DNA of 27,916 nt. Source: a virus. Under the pieces are notes generated by a model. The model saw nothing but the letters and a program-made list of their open reading frames with translations. It ran no database searches and had not been told where the DNA came from. A program made the position numbers and the translations under genes. Location: IMG/VR virus record IMGVR_UViG_3300027832_000084; one strand, given 5' to 3'. Positions 16,858 to 26,641 of this stretch are shown here, one piece after another; position 1 is the first letter of the stretch, and each line of letters starts with the position of its first letter.

Positions 16858-19770
16858 ATGGCTAAAGAAACGGTAAATATAGATTTAATAATTAATGCTT
16901 CACAATCTGCAAAAACATTAAAGGAACAGAGGGAAGCATTAAAATCAATTCGAGATGGATTAGATAACGTTAAAGAAGGTTCTGGTGCATTTGAGTTATT
17001 AAATGAAGAAGCGACTAGATTAACATCTTCAATGGATAATCTTACTTTATCGTTTGAAGATGTTTATGGACAAGGTGTTAAACCACTTAGTTCTCAATTA
17101 GGTGAACTAGAAGATAGAATGTATCAAATGGCATTAGCTGGTGATACAACATCAGATAGTTTCAAAGAAATTCAACAAGAAGCGATTAGAATGCGTAAAA
17201 CCATTATTGATGTTGATGCTTCAGTTGATGCATTTGCTGATAAGGGTGCTAGGTTAAATTCATTTATTGGTATTGTTTCTGGTATTGCTGGTGCTTTTGC
17301 TGTTGCTCAAGGTGCGGCTGCATTATTTGGTAGTGAGAATGAAGAAGTTCAAAAAAGTTTATTAAAGGTTCAAGCGGTACTAGCTATATTGAATGGTTTA
17401 CAAGAAATAAATAGGTTAATTACAGAGAAGAATATTATTGTACAAAAGATACTTAACTCAACAATGTTGAAGAATCCTATTTTTATTATACTTGCTGTTT
17501 TAACTGCTGTAACAGCTGCTTGGGCTTTATTAACTAGAGGTATTGATAACAATGAAAAAGCACTTAAAAAACAATCAGAAACTAATATTAAAGTTATTAG
17601 TGATTTAAAAAGAGAAGAAGAACAAAATAAAAAGCTTGGTTTAAGTATTGATGAGGTTAGAGATAAAAGAATTGCTGCTGAAAAAGTTCAAATTAAAATT
17701 CAAGAAAAACAATTAGCTAAATTAATTAACGATTTAAAAATAGCTGAAATAGCATATCAAACAACACAAGATAATTTAAATTCATCAATCCCAGAAGCAA
17801 TATGGTTTAGACTATTTGGTACTTCTAAAAAAGATTTAACTGATTTAAAAGATAAATTAAAAGAAACATCTGATGCTTATAAAGATTCTTCTAATTCTGT
17901 ATTAGTTGATGAGAAAACTGCAGCTGATGAAAAAATACAAATATTAATTAATCAACTTGAAAGAGAAAGAGCTTTACAAGAAACTCGTGGAAAAGAAACA
18001 ATAGCACTTGATAGAAGAATCTTAGATTTAAAATTAACATTATACAATAAAGATAGTCAAGAATATAAAAACGTTATAAATGAAAAATCAATTCTTGAAG
18101 TAAATTATACTAAAAAGATTAAAACTCAAACAGAAGATAGAATTAAACTTCAAGAAGAATATCAAAAAAAATATTTAGATATTATTGAAAATATTAATGA
18201 TAGAGAAAAAGATTTAACTAACGAATTATATTTAAATCTTGAAGAAGGTGTTGCTAAAGAGTTAGCGTTAATAGAAGTTGCTTATGGCGAAAAACTTGAT
18301 TTAATAGAAGAACAACAAAAAAATGATATTGCTGAAGCTGAAAAAGCTGGTAAGGGTTTATTAGATATTAACAAAAAATATAGTGATATTTTATTAATGG
18401 AAACTGCGCTATTTAAAGATAAATATAAAACAACTATATTATTATCATTAACAGAAAGTAATGACCAATTTTCAAGTGATATGGATAAAAACACAAAATT
18501 ATCATTAAGAAGAATTGAATTGGAAGTTAGCAAAAGTATTGATATAGTAAATGAAGGTATTAAGGATGGTACAGTAGATTACGAAGCTGGTGAAGTTAAA
18601 AAAATAGCAATATTAGAAGTGGCTTCAAAATCTAAGCAAACAATATTAGATGAATCATATGAAGAACAGACGAAAGCATTAAAAAGTAACTCAGACGTAT
18701 ATATAAAGATAACTAAAGATAGACTACTTAAAGCTCAGAAAGAAGAAGAAGAAGCACAAAATCGATTAAACGAAGCTACTGAAATTGGTGAAAAAATGGC
18801 CATAACGGGAGCTGAATTAAATTTTTCTAAGAAAACAGCTATAACCAAAGAATTAAGTGCTGAACTTGTAAAATTAGAAACTGAAAATCGTAATAATTTA
18901 TTAACGATAGAAGAAGATTACTATAATAAAAGTAAAGATAATGCATATGATTCTTTTGAAGCACTTAAAGAAATTGCTAAAACTGCCACAGAAGAAACTA
19001 TTAATTTTATATCTCAAATAACAATTAATTCTTTAAATTTAATTAACTCAATTCAAAATAGCATAACTCAAAATAAATTATCCAACATTGAAAGAGAAAG
19101 AACATCAGCGTTAGAAGCTGTAGAAGCTGAAGAAAATGCTTATAATAAATCAATTGAAAACAAAACAAATAAAGAAAAAGCTCAAGAGATAATTGCTGAA
19201 AAATTTGAAAATAAGAAACGTGCAATTGAAAAAGCTGCAACTTTAGAAAAAAATGAAGCTGAATATAAAGGGCAAATTCAATCTTGGGAATTTAGTAAAG
19301 CACAAGCTATTGTTAACTTGAGTAATGCTGTTTTAAAAGCTGCGCCTAATCCTTTTTTAGTTGGTACAACGATTGCTTTAGGTTTTGTGGAGTTAGCTAC
19401 TATAACAGCAAATAAACCAGTTAAAAACTTTGCAACTGGTGGTTTGGTATTGGGTGAAGGAACTGGAACATCTGATTCAATTCCAGCTAATTTATCGAAT
19501 GGAGAATTTGTAATTAATGCTAAAGCAACTGCGGCTAACTTACCTATCTTACAAGCAATAAATAAGAATGGTGGTAAATCTCAAATAGTTAATACACCTC
19601 AAAGTAGTAATAATAATATGGTTCAAGTAGCTCAAGTAATTGATACAAGTAGATTGGAAGCTTTAATTGAAATGGTTATTGATAGACCAATTAAAACCTA
19701 CGTAGTTTCGTCTGATATCACCTCATCTCAAAATAGTGATAATAGATTAAAAGATAGAATAACATTCTAA
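16858..19770 (+). CDS. Tape measure protein (or internal ejection protein)
   Basis: 970 aa, largely coiled-coil (K/E/L/I-rich). Hydrophobic segments FIGIVSGIAGAFAVAQGAAALFG and NPIFIILAVLTAVTAAWALLT. C-terminal GGLVLGEGTGTSDSIPANLSNGEFVINA motif. Confidence 0.55.
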   Translation: MAKETVNIDLIINASQSAKTLKEQREALKSIRDGLDNVKEGSGAFELLNEEATRLTSSMDNLTLSFEDVYGQGVKPLSSQLGELEDRMYQMALAGDTTSDSFKEIQQEAIRMRKTIIDVDASVDAFADKGARLNSFIGIVSGIAGAFAVAQGAAALFGSENEEVQKSLLKVQAVLAILNGLQEINRLITEKNIIVQKILNSTMLKNPIFIILAVLTAVTAAWALLTRGIDNNEKALKKQSETNIKVISDLKREEEQNKKLGLSIDEVRDKRIAAEKVQIKIQEKQLAKLINDLKIAEIAYQTTQDNLNSSIPEAIWFRLFGTSKKDLTDLKDKLKETSDAYKDSSNSVLVDEKTAADEKIQILINQLERERALQETRGKETIALDRRILDLKLTLYNKDSQEYKNVINEKSILEVNYTKKIKTQTEDRIKLQEEYQKKYLDIIENINDREKDLTNELYLNLEEGVAKELALIEVAYGEKLDLIEEQQKNDIAEAEKAGKGLLDINKKYSDILLMETALFKDKYKTTILLSLTESNDQFSSDMDKNTKLSLRRIELEVSKSIDIVNEGIKDGTVDYEAGEVKKIAILEVASKSKQTILDESYEEQTKALKSNSDVYIKITKDRLLKAQKEEEEAQNRLNEATEIGEKMAITGAELNFSKKTAITKELSAELVKLETENRNNLLTIEEDYYNKSKDNAYDSFEALKEIAKTATEETINFISQITINSLNLINSIQNSITQNKLSNIERERTSALEAVEAEENAYNKSIENKTNKEKAQEIIAEKFENKKRAIEKAATLEKNEAEYKGQIQSWEFSKAQAIVNLSNAVLKAAPNPFLVGTTIALGFVELATITANKPVKNFATGGLVLGEGTGTSDSIPANLSNGEFVINAKATAANLPILQAINKNGGKSQIVNTPQSSNNNMVQVAQVIDTSRLEALIEMVIDRPIKTYVVSSDITSSQNSDNRLKDRITF

Positions 19771-19803
19771 AAGAACAATAACAGCTAAAATAATAATTAA
19801 ATT

Positions 19804-20853
19804 ATGAAGAAAATTATACCAACTTATCGAATAGTAGTTAATGAAGAAGATGAATCTGGCGTATATGCAGTTAGTTTGGTTGATGAACCAGCGATAGAAG
19901 TTAATTGGATTCACTTATCTAAGATTGTTGAAATGGAATTTGCTGCAAATAAAGATAAACAAATGTTATTTGGTCCATTGCTTATCCCTAATAAATTAAT
20001 TTTTAGACGTGATGAAAAAGGTAATGAATATAATATAATGTTTGATGAAGATACAATTCAAATAATTGCAGATAAATTCAATTCAAATAAATTGGGTGAT
20101 GTATTTAACTTTCAACATTCAGATAAAACGGTTGAAGCTATTTTATTACAAAACTGGATTACTGGTGATATAGATAAATCTCAAGAGTATGGTTTTAGTT
20201 TACCAAAAGGAACTTGGTTTGGTGGTGTAAAGGTTAAAGATAAATCATTTTGGTTAAATGATGTTAAAAGCGGAAAAGTTAAAGGTTTTTCTGTAGAAAT
20301 AAAAGCTGGTATTGAACTGGTAGAATTAAATAAAACAAATATAAAAACAAAACTTATGGAAATTAAAAGAAATGATGGTGTATCAATTTACTATGATGGT
20401 GAATTGGCATTAGGTACTTCACTATTTTTGGATGAAGCAATGACAGAAGCAGCACCAGAAGGTGAGCACACATTAGAAGATGGAAGAATCATCTTAATTT
20501 TAGAAGGTAAATTAGATGAAATTAAAGATGCAGTTGAGCTTGCAGATGTTTCTAAAGAAGAAGATGCAGTTGACACTAAATTAGAATTGAATGCTGAAGA
20601 AGTAATGGCAATTGTTCAACCAGAATTGGAAGCAATCAGAAATGGTATGGTTGAAATTCTTGCAAAATTGGCTGAATTGGAAGCTTCATTATCTAATGAC
20701 AATGATAATGCAATTGAAGAACTTAAATCTCAAGTAGAAAAGTTATCTAGTTTACCAGCAGTAACTTCTATCTCAATCAAAAATGATAAAGTAGCGGCTA
20801 AAAATGTTATGTTATTAAATAAAATTAACACGTTCAAAAAAAGCACAAAATAA
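19804..20853 (+). CDS. XkdF-like prohead protease domain fused to an acidic coiled-coil scaffold-like region
   Basis: The N-terminal YAVSLVDEPAIEVNW matches my recollection of the XkdF (Peptidase_S78_2) pattern. The C-terminal part is E/L/A-rich. The gene lies directly upstream of the major capsid gene. Confidence 0.5.
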   Translation: MKKIIPTYRIVVNEEDESGVYAVSLVDEPAIEVNWIHLSKIVEMEFAANKDKQMLFGPLLIPNKLIFRRDEKGNEYNIMFDEDTIQIIADKFNSNKLGDVFNFQHSDKTVEAILLQNWITGDIDKSQEYGFSLPKGTWFGGVKVKDKSFWLNDVKSGKVKGFSVEIKAGIELVELNKTNIKTKLMEIKRNDGVSIYYDGELALGTSLFLDEAMTEAAPEGEHTLEDGRIILILEGKLDEIKDAVELADVSKEEDAVDTKLELNAEEVMAIVQPELEAIRNGMVEILAKLAELEASLSNDNDNAIEELKSQVEKLSSLPAVTSISIKNDKVAAKNVMLLNKINTFKKSTK

Positions 20854-20920
20854 TAAGTATTTATAATTTAATTATAAGTTAAAAAACTAACAAAAAAAAA
20901 ATAAACAAACAAATTTTATT

Positions 20921-21826
20921 ATGGAAAATTTTAAATTAGCGTTCACAGATTCAACAGTTTTCACTGGAAAGGATTTAGCTGGATTTTATTCAAACGCATT
21001 ACTTACTGGTGCTGCAACAAGTTCTTTCAGATTGTTACCAGATGTTAAATCTTCAGCGAAAGTTGCAAGATGGAATTTAGGTGCAATTATTCAAGATGAT
21101 GACTGTGTATTCCAAGCAACTGGTGAAGGTACATTAAACCAAAAAACAGTTAATGCAAATGATATTAAAGTTAACTTGCAGTATTGTCAAAAAACTTGGG
21201 AACAAAATTACTTATCTCAAGTAATGCGTCCATCTAGTTCTGAATTGATGCCAGCATCAGTTGAAGAATTCTTAATAGATGCAGTAGCTAAAAAAATCTC
21301 AAATGATTTAGAGATTATCGCATTCCAAGGTTCTGGTGCAACTGTATCAGCTAACTTCACTTCTGAGATTGGATTAGAAGCTAAATTACTTGCTGATGCA
21401 TCTGTAATTGATGTTGCTTCTGTTACATTAACTTCTGCAAACATTATCGCACAATTAAACAGATTATTTGACGCTATTCCAGCGACTATTAAAAACAGTC
21501 CAGAATTAGTAATTTATATGAACACAAGAGATTCTGGTTTCTACAAACAAGCGTTAGCTGCTGCTTACACTGGTTTCTATACTGAATCTCAAAAATTAAC
21601 ATTCTTAGGTATTCCTATCATTGAAACTGGTGGTTTGACTGCTGGTAAAATGATTGCTGCTGAGAAATCTAACTTAGTATTGATTACAGATATCTTATCT
21701 GATTTTGAAGATTTATTGATATTGCCAATGCGTTCAGTAACTGGAGCACCAGTTGTTAATATGGTACTTTCTGCTAAATGGGGTGTAGATTTCGTTTACG
21801 GTAATGAGATTGTTTACTACAACTAA
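20921..21826 (+). CDS. Major capsid protein (HK97-fold candidate)
   Basis: 301-aa ORF downstream of the protease/scaffold gene, followed by the strongest hairpin terminator in the window. It avoids ATA/TTA-type codons, which fits high expression. Confidence 0.6.
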   Translation: MENFKLAFTDSTVFTGKDLAGFYSNALLTGAATSSFRLLPDVKSSAKVARWNLGAIIQDDDCVFQATGEGTLNQKTVNANDIKVNLQYCQKTWEQNYLSQVMRPSSSELMPASVEEFLIDAVAKKISNDLEIIAFQGSGATVSANFTSEIGLEAKLLADASVIDVASVTLTSANIIAQLNRLFDAIPATIKNSPELVIYMNTRDSGFYKQALAAAYTGFYTESQKLTFLGIPIIETGGLTAGKMIAAEKSNLVLITDILSDFEDLLILPMRSVTGAPVVNMVLSAKWGVDFVYGNEIVYYN

Positions 21827-21842
21827 AATTAATTAAACACAT

Positions 21843-21872
21843 ATAAAGGGGGTTTTTTTAAACCCCTTTATT
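21843..21872 (+). terminator. Rho-independent terminator or attenuator after the capsid gene
   Basis: GGGGTTT (21849-21855) pairs with AAACCCC (21860-21866). Flanking AAA/TTT extends the stem, and the context is T-rich. Confidence 0.7.
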
Positions 21873-21915
21873 ATAACAAATAAATAACAAAAACAAAATT
21901 AAATAAAAAATAATT

Positions 21916-22440
21916 ATGGCATTATGTGAAGCATTAATAGGTACAGACGCAAATTGTGAAAGCAATTCTGGTGGTCTATTAAAAATATATATCGCTCAAT
22001 ACGGTTTAATCACTAGCACAACAGAAGTTGCTGGAAGTTTATCTACGATAACTACGGCTGGTGGTGCTGCAGTATTTCACGAGTTTTCGTTTAACAGAAA
22101 TACTTGTTCTTACACTGAAACTGCAAACATTTCAATTGAAAATGGTTCTCAGTTTGTTTCTCAAAGTATTAGTTTAAACCTTGCAAGAAGAGAAAAAGTG
22201 AAAAGAGGAGCAATCCAAAAATTAATGGATGGTATTCAAAAATTAGTTATTATTGTAAGAGATAGTAATGGATTATTTTGGTACTTTGGATTAACTGATG
22301 GTGTTACGGTAACTGCTGTTGAAGGTGGTTCTGGTGTAGCAAAAGGAGATGCAAACGCTTACGTTATTACGTTTTTAGGCGAAGAACCAACATTCGCACC
22401 AGAGGTTTCATCTTCAATTATTTCAGCATTGATTGTTTAA
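21916..22440 (+). CDS. Abundant virion protein (major tail or head-decoration candidate)
   Basis: 174-aa ORF bracketed by two terminators and next to the capsid gene. Function is inferred from context only. Confidence 0.4.
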   Translation: MALCEALIGTDANCESNSGGLLKIYIAQYGLITSTTEVAGSLSTITTAGGAAVFHEFSFNRNTCSYTETANISIENGSQFVSQSISLNLARREKVKRGAIQKLMDGIQKLVIIVRDSNGLFWYFGLTDGVTVTAVEGGSGVAKGDANAYVITFLGEEPTFAPEVSSSIISALIV

Positions 22441-22464
22441 TAATAAGAATAACAAAAATTTATT

Positions 22465-22495
22465 AAAAAGGTACTCAATATGGGTACCTTTTTTT
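22465..22495 (+). terminator. Rho-independent terminator
   Basis: AAAAAGGTAC (22465-22474) pairs with GTACCTTTTT (22484-22493), with a 9-nt loop, and runs into a T tract. Confidence 0.75.
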
Positions 22496-22544
22496 ATTTA
22501 AATAAACAAATATTATAAATTTTATATTTTAAATAAATACAAAA

Positions 22545-22940
22545 ATGATAATAATAAACAAAGGAATGTTGAATAAGGTAGCGTTGACACTTACTGAAAA
22601 AAGTACTTTATATCCTTTTACAACATATAATTTATTTGTACTTAAAAATGAATCTAATTCTCAACAATATGTATTCACCGCAACTGATATAAGTAATTAT
22701 AAAGCAAGATTTAATCTATTCAATATAAGTGAAAACTTTTTAACTGAAGATGCTTTAAATGGTATAATTAGTTTAAGTGGTAATACTTCTCAATGGAGCT
22801 ACCGAATATTTGAATCATTAACACCTTATAGTGCCAATACTCTTTCTATCTCATCAACTACTGGTGTTGTTTTGGAAAGAGGAAGATTAATACTAAATGG
22901 TTTCGAACAAAATAACACTATAAATCAAATATATTTATAA
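22545..22940 (+). CDS. Hypothetical structural protein
   Basis: 131-aa ORF immediately upstream of the portal gene. Confidence 0.5.
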   Translation: MIIINKGMLNKVALTLTEKSTLYPFTTYNLFVLKNESNSQQYVFTATDISNYKARFNLFNISENFLTEDALNGIISLSGNTSQWSYRIFESLTPYSANTLSISSTTGVVLERGRLILNGFEQNNTINQIYL

Positions 22941-22941
22941 A

Positions 22942-24366
22942 ATGGGAATATTTAATTTCAGAAAAGAATTAAAAATACAAGAAAAAGAAATTGAAACTGG
23001 TGCAACAATTATTGATAATGTAATAAGATTAGCAGCTTCATCAAACTTACCAAGAATTATTGAAAATAAAAATAAAGAATGGGTTGAATATGGTAACGAT
23101 AATAACTATCCAAACTTTTTGGAAACATTATTCAATTCATCACCAACACACCAAGCTATTGTTAATTCTAAAGCACTTATAACAGCTGGTGATTCAATAA
23201 CCTTCAATGAAAATAAAGTAATGTTAGAACAAAACAATTTATTAAATCAGATGATTTATTTTATTGATGGTAAAATGACACTCGAAGAACTTATTCAATT
23301 AATAGCATTAGATTCTGAACTATACGGAGCATTTGCTTTACAATTAATTTGGTCAATTGATAAAACAAAAATTGTTAGTGTTGAAAGAATTTCACCTAAA
23401 CATATTCGTTCTGGTAAATTTGAAGATGGCAAAATAAAAGAATATTTTTATTCTAGAAACTGGTCAGACCGCAAGGAAGAAATATCACAAATTGCAGCAT
23501 TCGATACAAATGATAAAGAAAATCTTAGACAGTTACTTTATGTGCCTATTGCATTAATTACAAACGAATACTATGGTGAGGTTAGTTATTTAGCTTCGAT
23601 AAACTGGATAAGTTTAGAATCGCAATGTGGTGAATATTACAAATCCCTTTTGGATAATAATTTCTCTCCTTCAATGATTGTTAAGTTTTTCAGAAAACCA
23701 GCGAATAATGAGGAAAAAGATATGATTGTTAGTGGATTAAAAGAATCATTCGGTGGTACCAAAAATGCTGGAAAAGTTATTGTTAGTTTTTCTAGTGATA
23801 AAGATAGTGCTCCCGAAATTACACCAATTGATGTATCTAATGTTGATAAACAATTCTTAGTATTATCTGACCAAATTCAATCAAAAATACTTACGGGTGG
23901 CAGAATTACAACACCAGAGCTTTTAGGTATCGCAATACCAGGTTCATTGGGTGGTGCTGATTTTGCATCACAAGTAGAAGCATTTCAAAAATTTGTTATC
24001 AGACCAACACAAAAGAAAATAGAAATTATTTTAAATAAAATATTTATTATCAATGGATTAGATATTAATATTGAAATTAAACCTTATATTTTAACAGCAA
24101 ATAAAGTTGATGAAACCTCATCAATAGCTAGTCCAGTTCAATCTGAAACAGTAATTGATATTGAAGCACAAGCTAAAGCATCATTAAAAGGTTCAGTTGG
24201 TGGTGTACAAGGTATACTTTCTATCCAACAATCAGTAGCTGCTGGTACAACAGATTACCTTAGTGCTTTAGCTATTTTGGATTTAATTTACGGTATAAGT
24301 GAAATAGAAGCGAGAAGAATTTTAGGTTCACCATTAAATAACACACAAAATAATACTATAATATAA
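22942..24366 (+). CDS. Portal protein candidate
   Basis: 474 aa, a size and composition typical of portals. Contains TTPELLGIAIPGSLGG, a segment similar to ones I recall in portal families. It is the only ORF of suitable size without another assignment. Confidence 0.55.
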   Translation: MGIFNFRKELKIQEKEIETGATIIDNVIRLAASSNLPRIIENKNKEWVEYGNDNNYPNFLETLFNSSPTHQAIVNSKALITAGDSITFNENKVMLEQNNLLNQMIYFIDGKMTLEELIQLIALDSELYGAFALQLIWSIDKTKIVSVERISPKHIRSGKFEDGKIKEYFYSRNWSDRKEEISQIAAFDTNDKENLRQLLYVPIALITNEYYGEVSYLASINWISLESQCGEYYKSLLDNNFSPSMIVKFFRKPANNEEKDMIVSGLKESFGGTKNAGKVIVSFSSDKDSAPEITPIDVSNVDKQFLVLSDQIQSKILTGGRITTPELLGIAIPGSLGGADFASQVEAFQKFVIRPTQKKIEIILNKIFIINGLDINIEIKPYILTANKVDETSSIASPVQSETVIDIEAQAKASLKGSVGGVQGILSIQQSVAAGTTDYLSALAILDLIYGISEIEARRILGSPLNNTQNNTII

Positions 24367-24917
24367 TGACATTTCAATCATTTTGCACGCAAGCATATTT
24401 AAAATCATTTACACCAATCAACGGTAATGTTGACGTAAATGAATTAGATAGTCATTTGGAAGCGACTGAATTAATTTACACTAGAGAATTAATCGGAAAG
24501 AATCTTTATGACGATATCAAAACTAAATTTATAGCACAAATATTATCACCAGATGAAATCATTTTAGTTGGTTTTTTAAAGCAGCACATAGCTTATCGCA
24601 CAACATATGAAGCAATACCTTTCCTTAACGTTAAAATGGTCGCTAAGGGTCCATCAAAGCTACGTGGTGAGTTTAGTGAACCAGCATCTTTGAAAGATGT
24701 TCAGTGGTTACAATCCTCATTAGGTAACAGAGCTGAATATTTTGAACAAAGAATAGTTGATTATTTATGTTTGAATGGTAATTTGTTTCCATTATATTCA
24801 ACTAGTGATGATGTAACTGGTATATTACTAACAAATACAAATCAATTTGATTCAGATATTTATTTGGGTGATAATATTCACAACATTAATAATAACAGAA
24901 GATTCTTTAATTTTTAA
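24366..24917 (+). CDS. Hypothetical head-completion/adaptor protein
   Basis: 183-aa ORF with a TAATG overlap onto the portal gene. Confidence 0.45.
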   Translation: MTFQSFCTQAYLKSFTPINGNVDVNELDSHLEATELIYTRELIGKNLYDDIKTKFIAQILSPDEIILVGFLKQHIAYRTTYEAIPFLNVKMVAKGPSKLRGEFSEPASLKDVQWLQSSLGNRAEYFEQRIVDYLCLNGNLFPLYSTSDDVTGILLTNTNQFDSDIYLGDNIHNINNNRRFFNF

Positions 24918-24919
24918 TT

Positions 24920-25411
24920 ATGAAAACATACCTATTAACACTATATTCAAAATTGAGTTGGAAAACTTTTATGCTACCTTTTTTAGCATTTATAGCTCCC
25001 ATTAAGTTCATTCTTTTACTAGTTGGAGCTTTTATAATTTTTGATACTTATTTAGGTATTAAAAAAGCTAAAAAACTTAAATTAAAAATAAGCTCAAGAG
25101 CTTTATCTGCAATTATATCAAAAATGTTATTGTATCAAACTTGTGTTATCACAGCTTATATGCTAGAGATTTACCTATTGGGTGATATAATTTCACTTTT
25201 ATTTCCTTCTGTACCTTTATTATTGACAAAATTAGTTGGTCTGTCGCTCGTAGGTGTTGAGTTAGTGTCAATTTCAGAAAATTCAAAAATAATTTATGGC
25301 GTTAATTTATGGCAAAAGATGAAACAATCGTTTAGAAGAGCTTCTGATACTAGTAAAGAAGTTTCTGATATTATAAAAGAAATAAAGGAAAATATTCCAA
25401 AAAAAAAATAA
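24920..25411 (+). CDS. Holin (Phage_holin_4_1-like)
   Basis: Three to four hydrophobic helices. FIIFDTYLGIKKAKKLKLKISSRALSAIISKMLLY fits the D-x-x-T/G...A...SS...K holin pattern. It lies directly upstream of the endolysin. Confidence 0.7.
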   Translation: MKTYLLTLYSKLSWKTFMLPFLAFIAPIKFILLLVGAFIIFDTYLGIKKAKKLKLKISSRALSAIISKMLLYQTCVITAYMLEIYLLGDIISLLFPSVPLLLTKLVGLSLVGVELVSISENSKIIYGVNLWQKMKQSFRRASDTSKEVSDIIKEIKENIPKKK

Positions 25412-25422
25412 AGTTTTAAATT

Positions 25423-25890
25423 ATGATTACAACTAAACAATTAATTCAAAAATACGGTAAACCAACCCTAAACGGTGAAGATTACTTGGTTAGAATAAAA
25501 TTACCCTATCCAATGAGATTAGCGTGGGATTTAAACGTTAAGGTTAATAGAATAGCTGTTCACAAAAACATCCAAGATAACTTTTTAGGTGTATTTACGG
25601 ACCTTTTAGAGTGTTACGGGTATGATAGGTTGGTTGAGTTACAGATAGACGTTTTAGGAGGAACTTTTAATTTTAGAAAGATGAGAGGTGGTTCTGATTT
25701 TTCTAGACATTCTTGGGGTGTAGCAATTGATTTGGACCCAACAAGAAACTTATTAAAAGAAACAAATCGAACAGCAATATTTGCTAGACCAGAATATAAA
25801 GATATGATTGATATATTTTACAAATGGGGTTTTGTTAGTTTGGGTAGAGAGAAAAATTACGATTGGATGCATTTTGAAATTAAAAACTAA
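25423..25890 (+). CDS. Endolysin, peptidase M15 (VanY / L-alanyl-D-glutamate peptidase-like)
   Basis: SRHSWGVAIDLDP (H-x-x-G-x-A-x-D zinc site) together with the C-terminal DWMHFE histidine motif. Confidence 0.8.
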   Translation: MITTKQLIQKYGKPTLNGEDYLVRIKLPYPMRLAWDLNVKVNRIAVHKNIQDNFLGVFTDLLECYGYDRLVELQIDVLGGTFNFRKMRGGSDFSRHSWGVAIDLDPTRNLLKETNRTAIFARPEYKDMIDIFYKWGFVSLGREKNYDWMHFEIKN

Positions 25891-25940
25891 TGGAAGATGA
25901 TGACGAGTACTACCCAGATTTTTCAATATAATAGGTAATA

Positions 25941-25973
25941 AAAAAAGGAGTAACTTATAGCTACTCCTTTTCT
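25941..25973. terminator. Bidirectional hairpin terminator between the convergent transcription units
   Basis: AAAAGGAGTA (25943-25952) pairs with TACTCCTTTT (25962-25971). An A-run lies upstream and a T-run downstream, so it could terminate transcription from either strand. Confidence 0.7.
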
Positions 25974-26102
25974 ACTAAAAAAATAAGTTATGTCAAACTT
26001 ATCAACCAAAATGAAAATAAATAACTTTAATTTTAATCATTGTTATTTTTTTATTTCCATATACTAAAACAAATATACTAATAATTTATTAAAAAGCAAT
26101 AT

Positions 26103-26396
26103 TTATAAGTACTTTTTATACATTATTTTTAAAACATCATTATTTTGTTTAATAAAATTTCTGTATAATGTTTGAGTTCTCACACCAGTTGCAGTTGATA
26201 GTATTTTTGCACTATCTAATAAAAATAAAGTAACTGTATCTCTAACAATAGCAGCTTCTTCGTATTTCTCTTTTAAGAGTAGTATAATAACTATTTGAGC
26301 ATTCTCTATTATCGTTGTACTTACCTCATCACTGATAGCTTCTAAATACACTTTATCGCTAATTATTTCATTTATTACTTTCATCATTGTTTCCAT
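26103..26396 (-). CDS. Small protein with a C-terminal HTH (regulator candidate)
   Basis: 97 aa. AKILSTATGVRTQTLYRNFIKQ resembles resolvase- or TetR-type HTH segments (gvs..TlYR.f). Confidence 0.45.
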   Translation of the reverse strand: METMMKVINEIISDKVYLEAISDEVSTTIIENAQIVIILLLKEKYEEAAIVRDTVTLFLLDSAKILSTATGVRTQTLYRNFIKQNNDVLKIMYKKYL

Positions 26397-26413
26397 TTTC
26401 TTAAAGTATTTAA

Positions 26414-26548
26414 TTATTGATTATTGTTATTATTTAATAAATTTTTTATCTTAGATTGAGTATTCATTAATTTCTGCGTAGCGTTTATAAGTTTTAATGT
26501 AATTAATAGTTGTTTAATCTCTTCAATTTCTTTTTGTTCTGGTTTCAT
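26414..26548 (-). CDS. Possible 44-aa helical micro-protein (MKPEQKEIEEIKQLLITLKLINATQKLMNTQSKIKNLLNNNNNQ)
   Basis: Translated by hand. It is preceded by the same conserved leader as the 188-aa gene and ends 17 nt upstream of the HTH gene. Confidence 0.35.
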   Translation of the reverse strand: MKPEQKEIEEIKQLLITLKLINATQKLMNTQSKIKNLLNNNNNQ

Positions 26549-26587
26549 AATTTTTAGTTTTAGTTGATTGTTATATTAATAAATATC
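26549..26587 (-). promoter_or_regulatory. Conserved leader/promoter element, copy A
   Basis: On the plus strand, AATTTTTAGTTTTAGTTGATTGTTATATTAATAAATATC abuts the start codon. It is about 85-90% identical to copy B. Confidence 0.6.
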
Positions 26588-26641
26588 TGGGTATTCTGAA
26601 AAATACTAGTTTATCAAAAAATAAATGTAAATAAATTAATA

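Noticed and set aside
401-21444. Fourteen minus-strand ORFs of 60-99 aa in the ORF track: 401-649, 817-1029, 3735-3953, 3847-4044, 4117-4302, 7095-7295, 10241-10501, 14936-15124, 16204-16503, 17370-17552, 18282-18533, 19043-19240, 20391-20576 and 21217-21444.
   Set aside because: Each lies entirely antisense to a longer plus-strand gene that has recognisable motifs or operon packing. Their translations are low-complexity (S/L/F/I-rich), as expected for shadow frames. None has its own promoter-like or terminator context.
25890-25931. A 13-aa ORF (MEDDDEYYPDFSI) overlapping the endolysin stop codon, considered as a spanin or lysis accessory gene.
   Set aside because: It is too short, acidic, and has no transmembrane segment or lipobox.
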